Shown here: piece after piece, positions 8,896-19,300 of the stretch
Numbering within the stretch: position 1 is the stretch's first letter
Layout: every line of letters starts with the position of its first letter
Virus record (IMG/VR): IMGVR_UViG_2925677529_000001
Span: 1,341-65,340 of that record
Length of the DNA stretch: 64,000 nucleotides
Source: a virus
Taxonomy: Duplodnaviria; Caudoviricetes
Reading direction: 5' to 3' (one strand)
The notes under the pieces: model-generated
The model's input: the letters and a program-made list of their open reading frames with translations, nothing else
What the model was told of the DNA's origin: nothing
Databases searched by the model: none
Translations under genes and position numbers: made by a program

Positions 8896-10173
8896 TCACG
8901 CGGCGTTGATGAGCACAACGGCACCGGACTTTGCGCCGGAATGGCTGCCGGAGAAGTTGATTCCAGAGCCGGTATCGAGGCCCCAGCCCCCGACGGTGCC
9001 CCAGGCGACGAACGTGATGAAGCCGTAGTTGGCGGCCTGGTTGGGGCTGAGTGTGCCGAAGTTGCTGCTGCCGCCGACGTACCCGCAGATGGCGGCCTGG
9101 CCTTCGTTCGGGGCGATGTTCTGGTTGATGTTGCCGCTGGAGGTGTCAGCGATGACCGATCCGATAGATCCGGCGTTCCTGAATGACATGGCTGTTGCGG
9201 CGCTTGCGGTCCCAGCTTGGTTGACTGAGACGGTGTTGGAGCCTTGCGGAATGCTGTTGCTGACCAGCACGAAGATGCTGATGTAGCTGGTGTAGGGGAA
9301 CACGCCGCCGTCGGCGACCGGGCCGTACACCCGGGGGATGGTGACACCGCCGTAGGTGCATGTCGGCGCGGAGTTGGTGGTGTTGGTGAAGACGACGGCG
9401 AGGCAGTTGCCGTCCGTGGGGTGCGCCCACGCGCGTGAGCTGGCGCCACCGGACCCGCCGAGTGTGAAGGCATCGAACAGTACGAGGCTCTTGGATGAGC
9501 CTGCCGCGTTGGTGAGGGCAGCTTGGAGCTGGGCGGCCAGGGTGCCGTGTTGCTGTTGGCCACCGCTGCCTGAGAACAGTGCTGCGCGGAGCGCGACGGC
9601 CAACTGGCCGAGTTGCTTTTGACCGCCAGATCCGGCGAACGTGGCGGCCCGGAGCGTCGCTGCGAGCTGGCCGGACTGGGATTGGTTGCCGGTGAGCGCG
9701 GCTGTGGCGGCCCGCATTTGGGCGGCCATGGCACCGGTCTGAGTCTGGCTTCCGGTGAGGTTGATCGCGGCGGGGCGGAGGGTGGCACCGATCTGCCCGA
9801 CCTGCTGCTGGCCCCCGATGAGTGCGGCGCGGGCCGGTTGGAGGGTGGCAGTGAGGGGGCCGCTGGTGATGTTCGTTCCGGCGAAGGTCGCGGGCCGGAG
9901 TATCCCTGCCAGCTCACCGCGCTGCTGGTGCGCACCGATTCCGGCGAACGTGGCTGCGCGCAACACAGCGGCGAGCTGGCCGAGTTGTTCCTGGCTTCCG
10001 AGCAGTGCGGCGCGGGCCGGTTGCAGCTCGACGGCCAGCAGTGCCTCGACGGCCTCAAACCAGCCGACGGGCGGTTCAACAGCCTCAGGGACGACGAGGT
10101 CGCCGAACCATCCCCGGGGGATCGTGCGGGCGAGCAGAGCGAGTTCGTCGGACCACGACATCGTGGCGGTCAT
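8896..10173 (-). CDS. Minor tail/fibre protein with about nine 19-21-aa repeats and a C-terminal beta domain
   Basis: G(Q/E/P)LAAxLRxAxxAGxGxQxQx repeats; start may be 10161. Confidence 0.7.
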   Translation of the reverse strand: MTATMSWSDELALLARTIPRGWFGDLVVPEAVEPPVGWFEAVEALLAVELQPARAALLGSQEQLGQLAAVLRAATFAGIGAHQQRGELAGILRPATFAGTNITSGPLTATLQPARAALIGGQQQVGQIGATLRPAAINLTGSQTQTGAMAAQMRAATAALTGNQSQSGQLAATLRAATFAGSGGQKQLGQLAVALRAALFSGSGGQQQHGTLAAQLQAALTNAAGSSKSLVLFDAFTLGGSGGASSRAWAHPTDGNCLAVVFTNTTNSAPTCTYGGVTIPRVYGPVADGGVFPYTSYISIFVLVSNSIPQGSNTVSVNQAGTASAATAMSFRNAGSIGSVIADTSSGNINQNIAPNEGQAAICGYVGGSSNFGTLSPNQAANYGFITFVAWGTVGGWGLDTGSGINFSGSHSGAKSGAVVLINAA

Positions 10174-10241
10174 TCCACTGGCCAGCCGTGCAGAAATCGT
10201 TCATCCTGCTAACAAAGTCCGTTAGCTGATGGCATCATCTG

Positions 10242-10547
10242 TTGATGGTGAAATGCCCCATCGCCGGATGTGACGGCTCCCATATGGCCGCGCGTCGCTG
10301 TCACTTCTGCGACCAACCGTTCAAGGCGAAAGGCTGCTGCAAGCCGTGCTACGCGAAGCAGCGCCGCGTCTACAGCGTTCGGACGTTGCCGAAGTTCCAC
10401 ACACTCATGCCTGACGACGTGCGCGAGATCCGGTACCTGTACGACACAGGCAATTACAGCCAGAGTGAGCTTGGGCAGAAATTCGGGGTTTCAGGTAAGT
10501 CGGTGTGCCAGATCGTGCATCGCAAGACGTGGGCGAACGTGGACTAG
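10242..10547 (+). CDS. Zn-finger + HTH protein (HNH endonuclease flanking domains without nuclease core)
   Basis: CxxC..AKGCCKPCY then DDVREIR..SQSELGQKFGVS..RKTW; opposite strand to the tail operon. Confidence 0.65.
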   Translation: MMVKCPIAGCDGSHMAARRCHFCDQPFKAKGCCKPCYAKQRRVYSVRTLPKFHTLMPDDVREIRYLYDTGNYSQSELGQKFGVSGKSVCQIVHRKTWANVD

Positions 10548-10555
10548 ATATGACG

Positions 10556-10583
10556 AAGACCCCCGGATAGTTCCGAGGGCCTT
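10556..10583 (-). terminator. Hairpin between convergent genes
   Basis: Minus strand AAGGCCCTCGGA-ACTA-TCCGGGGGTCTT, fully paired with G-U. Confidence 0.65.
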
Positions 10584-10596
10584 ACGTCGTTGCGGG

Positions 10597-10908
10597 TCAG
10601 TGCTGGTCGAACCAGTCCTGGATCTTCTGCAACGTCTGCTCGCGGCGCTGCTCGAAGTAGCGATCCTTCGTTTGCTTGCGGGCCACCTTGTGGGGCAGCC
10701 GGGGGCCGGTGACGGTGAGGTCATGATCCCCCTTCCGACCCGGGGGCGTCGGCGCGGGTTTGACGTCTGGGGCTTTCGCTGCAACCTTGGGTGAGGCGTC
10801 CTGGCTGGACCGGTCGTGCTTCGTGTGGGGATCGGCAGTCGCAACGGGCGCGCCTATCAGCACAAGTGTGCAGACTGCAGCAGCAGCCGCGAGGGTGGTG
10901 CGTAGCAT
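10597..10908 (-). CDS. Secreted basic small protein (moron-like)
   Basis: GGAGG SD, signal peptide ending PVATA-DP, own terminator. Confidence 0.65.
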   Translation of the reverse strand: MLRTTLAAAAAVCTLVLIGAPVATADPHTKHDRSSQDASPKVAAKAPDVKPAPTPPGRKGDHDLTVTGPRLPHKVARKQTKDRYFEQRREQTLQKIQDWFDQH

Positions 10909-11050
10909 GTGTATGCCTCCATTGGGGGTGGGCCGTGCGGCGGGCCGATGGTTCCTAGGCCGGTTAGCCCGCCGCACGGTGTCTGAGTAACACCGCCAGT
11001 CTAATCACGTTTGACCATGTGAACGCAAGGTATTGGTAGACTCAACCCTT

Positions 11051-11245
11051 GTGACAGCCTTCGAGCGAATAGCCGCCAACCGAGCCGAGAGGTCGGAAGC
11101 AGTCACACGACTGGACACCGAACTCGCTCGCCTCGTCGCGACAGCGATGGACCACGAAGGCCACACGTGGCAAGAAGTCGGCGCAGTCCTGGGCGTCAGC
11201 AAGCAACGGGTGTACCAGCTGCGCGCTCACGGCCGAAAAGGTTGA
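11051..11245 (+). CDS. Small HTH DNA-binding protein
   Basis: GHTWQEVGAVLGVSKQRVYQL; TAGACT -10 lies 8 nt before the GTG. Confidence 0.75.
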   Translation: MTAFERIAANRAERSEAVTRLDTELARLVATAMDHEGHTWQEVGAVLGVSKQRVYQLRAHGRKG

Positions 11246-11248
11246 GCC

Positions 11249-13900
11249 TCACTCCCATTCAATGAGGGTGTAGCCGGACTGCCCCGGACTGCCAGACGGA
11301 CTGACTCCAGACGTTGCCCTGTAGCCACCGTCGCCACCATTGCACCCCGTCAGCCCGCCTGGATCGCTGCCGCCGATACCCTGGGTTGAGCTGCCGCTCC
11401 CGGAGGTACCTGCGGTTCCCGCGTTGCCGTTGGTTGTGGCCGCCGAGAATCCGGTGGCACTGGCGGTGCCACCCGACCCGGCCGCTCCTCCGGCAGTGCC
11501 GCTCGCGCCCCCGGAACCGCCACCGGCTGTCAAAGTGATCGACCCAGACGAGAACTGAGAAGCTCCGCCATTGGCACCTGTTGCCCCTTGCGAGCCCACA
11601 ACCACGCTGTAGTCGGCACCGAGTGCGGCAATAGGAATCCACACCCTGGGGATGACCGCGCCAGATCCGCCGCCACCGCCACCACGCCCTGAGCCCGTCT
11701 GCAGTGGGGCTCCGCCGCCACCGCCACCACCGCCAAGCGTGACCCAGCAACCGGACGCGCCACCCGATACGGGAGCGTTGGTGCGCGCAACATTCTCTTC
11801 AGCGTTCGGGTTGAACTCTTCCTCTTCCTGACCGATGTATACCGCCAACACGTAAGTGCCGTCGGGATATCCGGCAACCACGTCCAACGCGCCCCCGGAG
11901 TTCTGGAACGCCTCGATCGAAAACTTGTCCGTCGCAGCCAACGAATCCCTAACCCCAACCTCCTGCAAGTCCCGAATCTTGTTCCGAACACCCCACGATG
12001 GGTTATCGGACGCGTCAGCCCCATCGGTAGCCGGTACCACAGAACCGCTCGATAGCGTCCGCCTAATCGCAGACTGCCGTTTACCTGTCGTAGACGACTC
12101 CCAAACCACCTGCGACTGGATATCCCACCACCCCGTTTTCGGGAGCGTGAACCGTGTATTGGTTCCATCATCGAACGTCGCCGCCAAGCTGCCGGCCTGC
12201 TCCCAGCCTGTGAGTGCCGTAGCCGCACCGGACGGGATGTTCTGATCCGCAGGCAGCGTGAACAGAATGTGATCGTTCGGCACACTCTCTCCACCGCCGC
12301 CGGAGCTAGCGGGAATGTAGATCGACGGGATTAACCGGTTTCCATCAAGCGGCGCAACACCGTTGATCGCACCCTTCTGCGACAGCGGAATGGCGTTCGA
12401 TGAGCCTCCGCCGAACCAGGAGTTCCACCAATCCTTCACGGCCTGCACCGCTGAGTCGATTGGTGTAACGACGTTTCCAGCAAGAATCTCGATGATTTGA
12501 TTCGACTGCGTAGACAGGTCAGTCAGGCCATCGACTGCGGCTTTCGGGATGTTCTGCAATGCCGCCAGCACATCGGCTGCGGTGTGCCCGGTGCCGGTGC
12601 CGCCCAGGGCTTGCACGATCGCGTCCCGGACGCCCTGGCCTGCATTGTTCAGGGCAGTCGGAATATCGTTCAGGGTGGCGCCCGTACCGCCTTTGAACTT
12701 GTTGAGCAACGCTTGCCAACCAGAGGTAGCGTCGGCCAGCCAGTCGTCCCAATCGGAGATCCCGAGCTTGTTCGCGAGGTCCGTGAGCGCGTTGTTGGCG
12801 TTGGTCCACGCGGTCCCGGCCATGTTGTCGAGGTCGGCCAGGCCGTCCTGAAAGTCGAGCATCTTGTCGAACAGCGACCCGATCGGCGGAATACCCAGGC
12901 CCTCCAACGCTTTGTCGACGACCTCCTCAATCCAATCGCCCAGATTCGAGAGGTCGGGGACCAGGTCGAGAATCCAGTCCTGCGGCATCCCGTCCCGCGT
13001 CTTGGTGACCGTGGCGTCGTCGACGTTGATGGTGCCGCCGGTCGCGTCCTCGGTGACCTTGACCTCGAGCACCACGTCCGTCACTGGGAGGCCGCCGACC
13101 GGGCCCGGCACCGTGTACGTCGCGCCGAGCCACACCCAATCGTCGTCCTGATCAGGATGATCCGCTGACTCCCCCGACGTCGCGGTGAGCGCCGCGACCT
13201 GCGCGGTGGACAACAACGTCAGGGAGTCGTCGGCCGCGCGGTGGTACGCCCGGACCGACACACGCACCGGAGCGGCCGACGCCGCCAGCTCCTCGTAGAA
13301 CACCCACGCACCAACCGGCAACTTCTCGCCCTGCTCGACCGCGATCAGGTTCGAAACCACCAGGTGCGCCACACCATTCGCGACGATCTCCGCCGAACCC
13401 GGCTTCGACCGGCCGAACTCCGCGTTGCGTGTGATGTTCGGATCACCCGAGTTGAACGTCGACGCCGCATCGAACCCCGGGTCGTCCAACAACTCCGCCG
13501 TCCCACCACCCAGATGCGCCCACGGCAACTGCTGGATCCGGCCCGGCGACACCGGCCCGAACAGATGCGACACCATCCACTGGCGGATCTCATCCAACGT
13601 CGGCGGAGCCTCAGGATCCACATCCGGCATACCCACCGCAGTCGCCAAATCGCCGGTGTTCATGTCCGACACCACCGACCCGCGAGCACTGAGGTCCACA
13701 ACCTCCGGCGTCGGCACCTGACCGACCTCCAGCGCCCCCTCACCGGGCCTGGTGGCCACCAGCCGCCCGTTCGGCGCCGACAGCACCCACGGCCCAATCC
13801 GGGCCGTCTGAGACCGCTCCAGCGCCGTCGTACGCCGATCAATCTCACGCACCCACTCAGCAGGCGAACGCGGCGACCGCCCCAACCTGGTGTCAGTCAC
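11249..13900 (-). CDS. Large minor tail protein (carbohydrate-binding-like and Gly-rich domains)
   Basis: Downstream of tail-tip genes; ELLDDPGFD domain, GVAPLDGN motif, Gly-rich C-terminus ending LIEWE. Confidence 0.8.
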   Translation of the reverse strand: MTDTRLGRSPRSPAEWVREIDRRTTALERSQTARIGPWVLSAPNGRLVATRPGEGALEVGQVPTPEVVDLSARGSVVSDMNTGDLATAVGMPDVDPEAPPTLDEIRQWMVSHLFGPVSPGRIQQLPWAHLGGGTAELLDDPGFDAASTFNSGDPNITRNAEFGRSKPGSAEIVANGVAHLVVSNLIAVEQGEKLPVGAWVFYEELAASAAPVRVSVRAYHRAADDSLTLLSTAQVAALTATSGESADHPDQDDDWVWLGATYTVPGPVGGLPVTDVVLEVKVTEDATGGTINVDDATVTKTRDGMPQDWILDLVPDLSNLGDWIEEVVDKALEGLGIPPIGSLFDKMLDFQDGLADLDNMAGTAWTNANNALTDLANKLGISDWDDWLADATSGWQALLNKFKGGTGATLNDIPTALNNAGQGVRDAIVQALGGTGTGHTAADVLAALQNIPKAAVDGLTDLSTQSNQIIEILAGNVVTPIDSAVQAVKDWWNSWFGGGSSNAIPLSQKGAINGVAPLDGNRLIPSIYIPASSGGGGESVPNDHILFTLPADQNIPSGAATALTGWEQAGSLAATFDDGTNTRFTLPKTGWWDIQSQVVWESSTTGKRQSAIRRTLSSGSVVPATDGADASDNPSWGVRNKIRDLQEVGVRDSLAATDKFSIEAFQNSGGALDVVAGYPDGTYVLAVYIGQEEEEFNPNAEENVARTNAPVSGGASGCWVTLGGGGGGGGAPLQTGSGRGGGGGGSGAVIPRVWIPIAALGADYSVVVGSQGATGANGGASQFSSGSITLTAGGGSGGASGTAGGAAGSGGTASATGFSAATTNGNAGTAGTSGSGSSTQGIGGSDPGGLTGCNGGDGGYRATSGVSPSGSPGQSGYTLIEWE

Positions 13901-14951
13901 CGCGGCCACCCCCAAACCCGGGCTTCACATCCTCCAACAGCTCCGGCAAATCGTCAGGAGACACCGACTCCAAATCCACCCCCACAGTCGACTGACCCTG
14001 GGTGCACGACACCGTCACACCTTCAAGTTCCATCGTCGACAACAGCCCAAACGCCTCCACATTCAGCCGCGCCGACGGCACCAACTGCCCAATCGTCACC
14101 GGCGCGTCCGGATGCAACACCGCCCCCTGCGGCACACTGATCGCATCCCTGACCGCCCCCGAATACCGGACCGCCTGCACCGCAGCACGATCCGCATTCG
14201 ACACACCAAACATCGAATCCCGGCGCACAATCGTCTGAAGATTCAACCCACCCATCGGCACCCGCGCCCGCGACTTGCTGTCACCGGCCAGCAGCAGCAC
14301 ATCGTTGTAGGTGTTGGCGCCGTCGCGGATCACCGACAGATCCGTCAGGAAATCGTTCTCACTCAGAGCAGAGACAGCGTCAGTCTTCACCGGCCCAAGC
14401 AGCGGAATACCCGCCACCACAGACCAATACAGACCCAAGTCTGTGAGCTCCTGCATGACCTCGTCGGTCATCTTCGCGTCGGCCTCGCAAGAAAACTCGA
14501 ACCGGTCACCGCGAGGATCGTTACGCGAAATCGGCCGCAGATTCAGGCCATGATGCTCGATCAGCGACGACCACAACTCGCTGGCAATCTCAGCCGGATC
14601 CGCTGAATCCCAACGCTTCGTCAACGGGCACCGCGTCCTGGCACCCAATGCGGACACATCACGCGCAGACACCGACAGCCAATCCCGGCCCTGCTCCACC
14701 CGCTGAATCGGCCCCGACCAATAGAGATCCCGCTGGTTGCCGTCCCACACGTCCACCCAATGCAGCCACGGCGTCAAATCAGGGATCCGCACATACCCGT
14801 CCACCGGCGGCACCGTCAGGTCGCACGTCGACACCTCCCGCAGCAGCCACCGCCACTTCAACGAGGTATAGCCAGTGGTGAGGAACTGATACAGCTGAAC
14901 ACCGTGAACTGTGCGGATCGACACGATCTGCTCACCGCTGATGACCGCCAT
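13893..14951 (-). CDS. Minor tail protein (baseplate hub-like)
   Basis: Second gene after the tape measure; PWLHWVDVW..YWSGPI. Confidence 0.75.
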   Translation of the reverse strand: MAVISGEQIVSIRTVHGVQLYQFLTTGYTSLKWRWLLREVSTCDLTVPPVDGYVRIPDLTPWLHWVDVWDGNQRDLYWSGPIQRVEQGRDWLSVSARDVSALGARTRCPLTKRWDSADPAEIASELWSSLIEHHGLNLRPISRNDPRGDRFEFSCEADAKMTDEVMQELTDLGLYWSVVAGIPLLGPVKTDAVSALSENDFLTDLSVIRDGANTYNDVLLLAGDSKSRARVPMGGLNLQTIVRRDSMFGVSNADRAAVQAVRYSGAVRDAISVPQGAVLHPDAPVTIGQLVPSARLNVEAFGLLSTMELEGVTVSCTQGQSTVGVDLESVSPDDLPELLEDVKPGFGGGRGD

Positions 14952-16384
14952 CAGGGCTCCCGATCGCACAGCACCAGGTCAACCTCAAACTCGCTCGACG
15001 CTGCGGTCTGAACGATGAACTCCCAGCACGTTTCACGGTCGATGATCGGCGGCCGCCACGGCGCACCGTTCGGCGTACCCACCACACCAACCACCCGGCG
15101 GACACGTTCGTCATAGTTCGCCCAGAACCGGCCCGTGATCCCGTCCAGCACCAGCTCGGCACCCGCGGGGAGTCCGGCGATCTGCAGCGGCCAACGGTTG
15201 TCCTCGCACCGAATATCGGAACCGCACTCACGCCAGAACGCCTGCAACGACACCGGATTCTCGCCAGTGTTGCGGATGGTCGTCGTCACCGCGGTCTCCC
15301 GGCAGCGGAACGCGTACTCCATCGTCGGAACCCGGAATGAGTATTTGTCGATCTCCCCCACCGGCAGGCAGCCCCCGCACACCGGCGGCGGCGTCGTCAC
15401 CACCCCAATCTCTTCCGGGACGCACTCGGTGGAGAACATGATCGGCATGTCCTCGCACGTCTCCGGCTTCTGGCAGTCCGCGGCGTGGATCCAGTTCACC
15501 GGCTGACGCGTGATCACATCCCAATCCACCGACACCGCCACCGCCGGCAGGTAGGCGTACGGCGACAGCGCCGCCATCTCCCAAGAGATCCGGTACATCG
15601 TGGCCTGCTGGTGCTGCCGCGCTTCGGTGTTGACCTCCTGGGTGATGGTCGGCGCCTTCGTCAACACCAGGCCGTGAACCTCACGCACCAGCGAATCGGG
15701 ATCCACACCCGAATACGACGGGGACGCAGCCAGATACCGCAGCGTGCTCGTCGTGCCGGTCGTGGTGCCGCGCAGCAGACACGTCAGCCACTTCAACCCG
15801 AAATCCACACCCGCATGAGTGCACGCGATCAGCACCGCCTCAAACGACACGGTGCGCGACGCGTCGCGGTGCGGTCCGGCCGCCGCACCAGATCCGGCCA
15901 TCTGAACGATGTTCCGTTCGACCGGGGTAGCTTCCAGACCGTCAACTGACATGACCCACACGCCGCCGAACTCGCCCGACTCGGGCAGCTCCGTCGAATA
16001 CCACGGCGCCAGCTCCGGCCGGTAAACCATGTCGCCCAGGAAGTCCTGCAGGCCCGGCCATGAATCGTCGTAGTCGACCGTGAGCGTGCAGTCCGAGCAG
16101 ATCGCGGCCGGCCCCCAGCAGGTACCGTCGAGCACGAATAGGCCGGGCCCGAAGCGCCTTGCGCCGGGCGGCGGTGACCACAATCCCGGCGATACCTCGA
16201 CCATGGTGTCTGGGATCTCGAACATCCCCGGATATGTCTCGGATTCGACTAGGGCGCAATCTGTTCCGCCGTCGGTGAAGATGCCGATGTCTGACGTGGG
16301 CACACTCCGGCCAAGGTGCGCGATCGTGCGCGCGCTGTTGGCGATCTCGACACCATCGACCGTGAACCATCCTCGATATGCCAT
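14951..16384 (-). CDS. Minor tail protein (distal tail-like)
   Basis: Immediately after the tape measure; MAYRGWFTVDGVEIANSAR, APWY, Cys-rich. Confidence 0.8.
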   Translation of the reverse strand: MAYRGWFTVDGVEIANSARTIAHLGRSVPTSDIGIFTDGGTDCALVESETYPGMFEIPDTMVEVSPGLWSPPPGARRFGPGLFVLDGTCWGPAAICSDCTLTVDYDDSWPGLQDFLGDMVYRPELAPWYSTELPESGEFGGVWVMSVDGLEATPVERNIVQMAGSGAAAGPHRDASRTVSFEAVLIACTHAGVDFGLKWLTCLLRGTTTGTTSTLRYLAASPSYSGVDPDSLVREVHGLVLTKAPTITQEVNTEARQHQQATMYRISWEMAALSPYAYLPAVAVSVDWDVITRQPVNWIHAADCQKPETCEDMPIMFSTECVPEEIGVVTTPPPVCGGCLPVGEIDKYSFRVPTMEYAFRCRETAVTTTIRNTGENPVSLQAFWRECGSDIRCEDNRWPLQIAGLPAGAELVLDGITGRFWANYDERVRRVVGVVGTPNGAPWRPPIIDRETCWEFIVQTAASSEFEVDLVLCDREP

Positions 16385-19300
16385 CAGCTCATCAGCTCCA
16401 ACAGTCCATCCCGCACATCGCGGCCAGCATCCGGACCGCCGGCCACGTGGATCTCCGCCTGAACCAGGGTTTGCCCAGCCGCGGTGGTTTGGCCGCGCTC
16501 CAGCGCCGACACCATCCGCTCAAACAGCACAGTCTGATTCGGCGACAACACCCGCTCCGGCGCAATCGTCGCCTTCGCCATCAAACCGACACCCGATGCG
16601 ACACCACCAGAGTCGAACGCGATCCCACCCACCAGAGCGGCCAACGGCGCGAACAACGCCCCCAGGCCCCCGGTCAACGCGCCGATCATCGCCAACGGGA
16701 TCTCCAACGCCGCCTGAATCGGCGCCACCAATAGCTGCTCCAAGATGCCGCCACCGAACAGGCCAGTCATCAGATCAGGGAACAGCCCCTGCAAGCCCTC
16801 GCTGATCGCATCGATCGCAACCTCCGACACGGCCAACGCCAGGTCTGTGCCGACCTCGGCGACGATGTCCACACCCGCCGAGCCGGCCGACGAAATCAAC
16901 GACTGCACAATGCTGCCCGCACCGGGGGCTTGCGTGTTGACCGCGGCACCAGCAGCGGATGCGCCCGCGTTGATCGCCGCGTTGGCCACCGCCTTGCCGA
17001 TCGGCACGATGACCTTCTCGATGATGTACTTGATCAGCGCCTGAATGACGATCTTGAGGATCCGGATGCGTTCCTGCGCCGCGATCTCCTCCGACGACTG
17101 GGACCGGTCCATCAACGCGCTGGTGTCGTTCAGCAGTCGGCCGGACGCGTCGAAGCCCTTGAAGTCGCCCCGGAACTGGCGGAACTGGTCCGTCATCTCA
17201 CCGAGGGTGTCGCGGGCCTCGATCTGCACACCCAGCACCGACAGCAACACCCGCACGAGGATGTTGACGATCGCGCCGATGATGGGGATCTGGGACACAC
17301 CGAAGAACTCGGCTCCGACGGTGTCGTTGACGTTGACCCCGCCGCCGGTCGCCATGCCGCGCACGCCGCCGCTACGGTGCAGCGCGGCACGGAACGCGTA
17401 GACGCCGGCGTGGCCGCCCATCGCCGCCACGTCGGCTGTAGTGAATACGTGCTCGTCCGGCATCAGCATGGTGGGCACCGAATCCCGGCCCCGCACACCG
17501 CCGAACACCGGGCCACCGGTGGCCATCCCGGTTGCGGCCTTCACACCGTTAACAGCATCACCGGCCAGGCCGCCCGCGCCGGTCTGGCTGGGGATAGCCG
17601 AGCGGACCGCGTCAGCGATCGGTGGGGCCGCTGCCTGACCCATCGACGTACCAATCGACGACGTGACCGAATCCTTGAGCCCTTCGAGGGCGGACTGCAC
17701 ACCAGCCTTCACGACCGGCTGCAGCGCCTCCTCGTTGAGCTTCTGGTTGGTCTGCTCGATCACGTCGACCAACTGCTTACGCATGGCGTCCAGTTGGGCG
17801 TTGAGGTTGGTGAACGTCCGGTCGAGCAGTGCGCCGGTGTCGGAGAACATGCGGCCGCTCGAGTCGAATGCCTGGTCGTTCTTCATGACGTCGGCGCCGT
17901 CGCCGCCCTGCCGGGTGAAGTCCGGCACGTCGAGGCCGAACGCCTTCGCCAACGCCATTGGGTTGCGTTCCTTCACCAACGCGTTCAGGGTGGCGTAGTT
18001 GGTGGCCTTGTTCCATGGTTCCTGACCCAGGCCGCCCACCGCACTCATCACGTCACCAGCGACACCCGATGTGGCCTGGCCGCCAGCCGTCAGACCGGCG
18101 CCGAGCACCTGGCCCACACCTGGCGGCAAGCCTTGGCCACCGGGCCAGTTCGTGACGAACACCGGAGTGCCAGCGCCACCTGTTGCGCCTGCCAGGCCCG
18201 CCATACCGGGAACAGCGCCGTTGACGGGCAGCGACATGATGTTCGGCATTCCCGCCGCGCCTTGCGCGTTGCCGCCGTAGGTTGCGCCCTGTCCAGTGCC
18301 ACCACCTGATTCGAAGTTCACGCCGTTGGGCAGCGTGGCCCGCATGTGGCTGTCGGACCAACCGATCTGCAGCGCACCGGGCACTGAACCCTGGACAGCG
18401 CCGAGGCTCTTGAGGACGCTCGCGGCGTCGGAGGTGGAGAACAGCCGTTCCGGCCCGGCCTGACCCTTGGTGATCAGCTCCACCAAATCGCTGACAGCGC
18501 CGGAACAGTCGGACAGTCCCTTGGCCAGATCGGAGGAACCCCAGCTGTACTGGCCGCCGCTGAACTGCTGTGCATACGCGCTCACCGGGTCCATGCCCAG
18601 CCCGTAGGTGGGTACCCCGGTCAGGCTGGCGGTCACTGCCGTACCGCGTCCGCCCTTGCTCGGCTTGGCCAGCTTCTCCCGGAACGTCTGCAACGTCGAG
18701 ATCAGGCTGCTGTTGCTGGAGTCGAGCGTGCCGGTGTAGCCGCCACCGGTGAGCACCTGGTCGACAAGCCCAGCGATCGTGTCGCCACCCAGCGCGCCCT
18801 TTTTCTTGTTGCGGGCCGTCGTGATCGCCTTCACCACCGGATCGTTCGCATCCAAGCCCAGATCGCCCGTCAGGTTTCCGGTGCGGGCGAACGCGCCCAG
18901 CACGGCAGCGTAGTTGCCGTAATCGGCCCCGCCTGCCAGGACGCTGCCACCGCCAGCAACCGCGGGCATGTAGGTGGACGGGTCGGCGCCGATCCACTTC
19001 TCCGGATCCCCGCCCAACGCCGAGATCGCCGCAGCCGCCATCTCATAGCCGGGATCTCCGCGCTTTTTCAGTGGCGTCCCGAACGGCCCCGTCTGCTGGC
19101 CACCCCGCCCCGACGTGCCCGCCAGGTTCGACACCGCATCGGCAGTCTGATTCAACGGCGCCGACGTGCCGCCCTTGCCGGCCAACAGATCACGGATCTG
19201 CCGCAGCACACCCAACTCGGTCGCATCGTCCACACCGGGCGCCCCACCGACCACACCACCATCGGCATAGCCGCGCCGCGACAGACCAGAACGGAACCGA

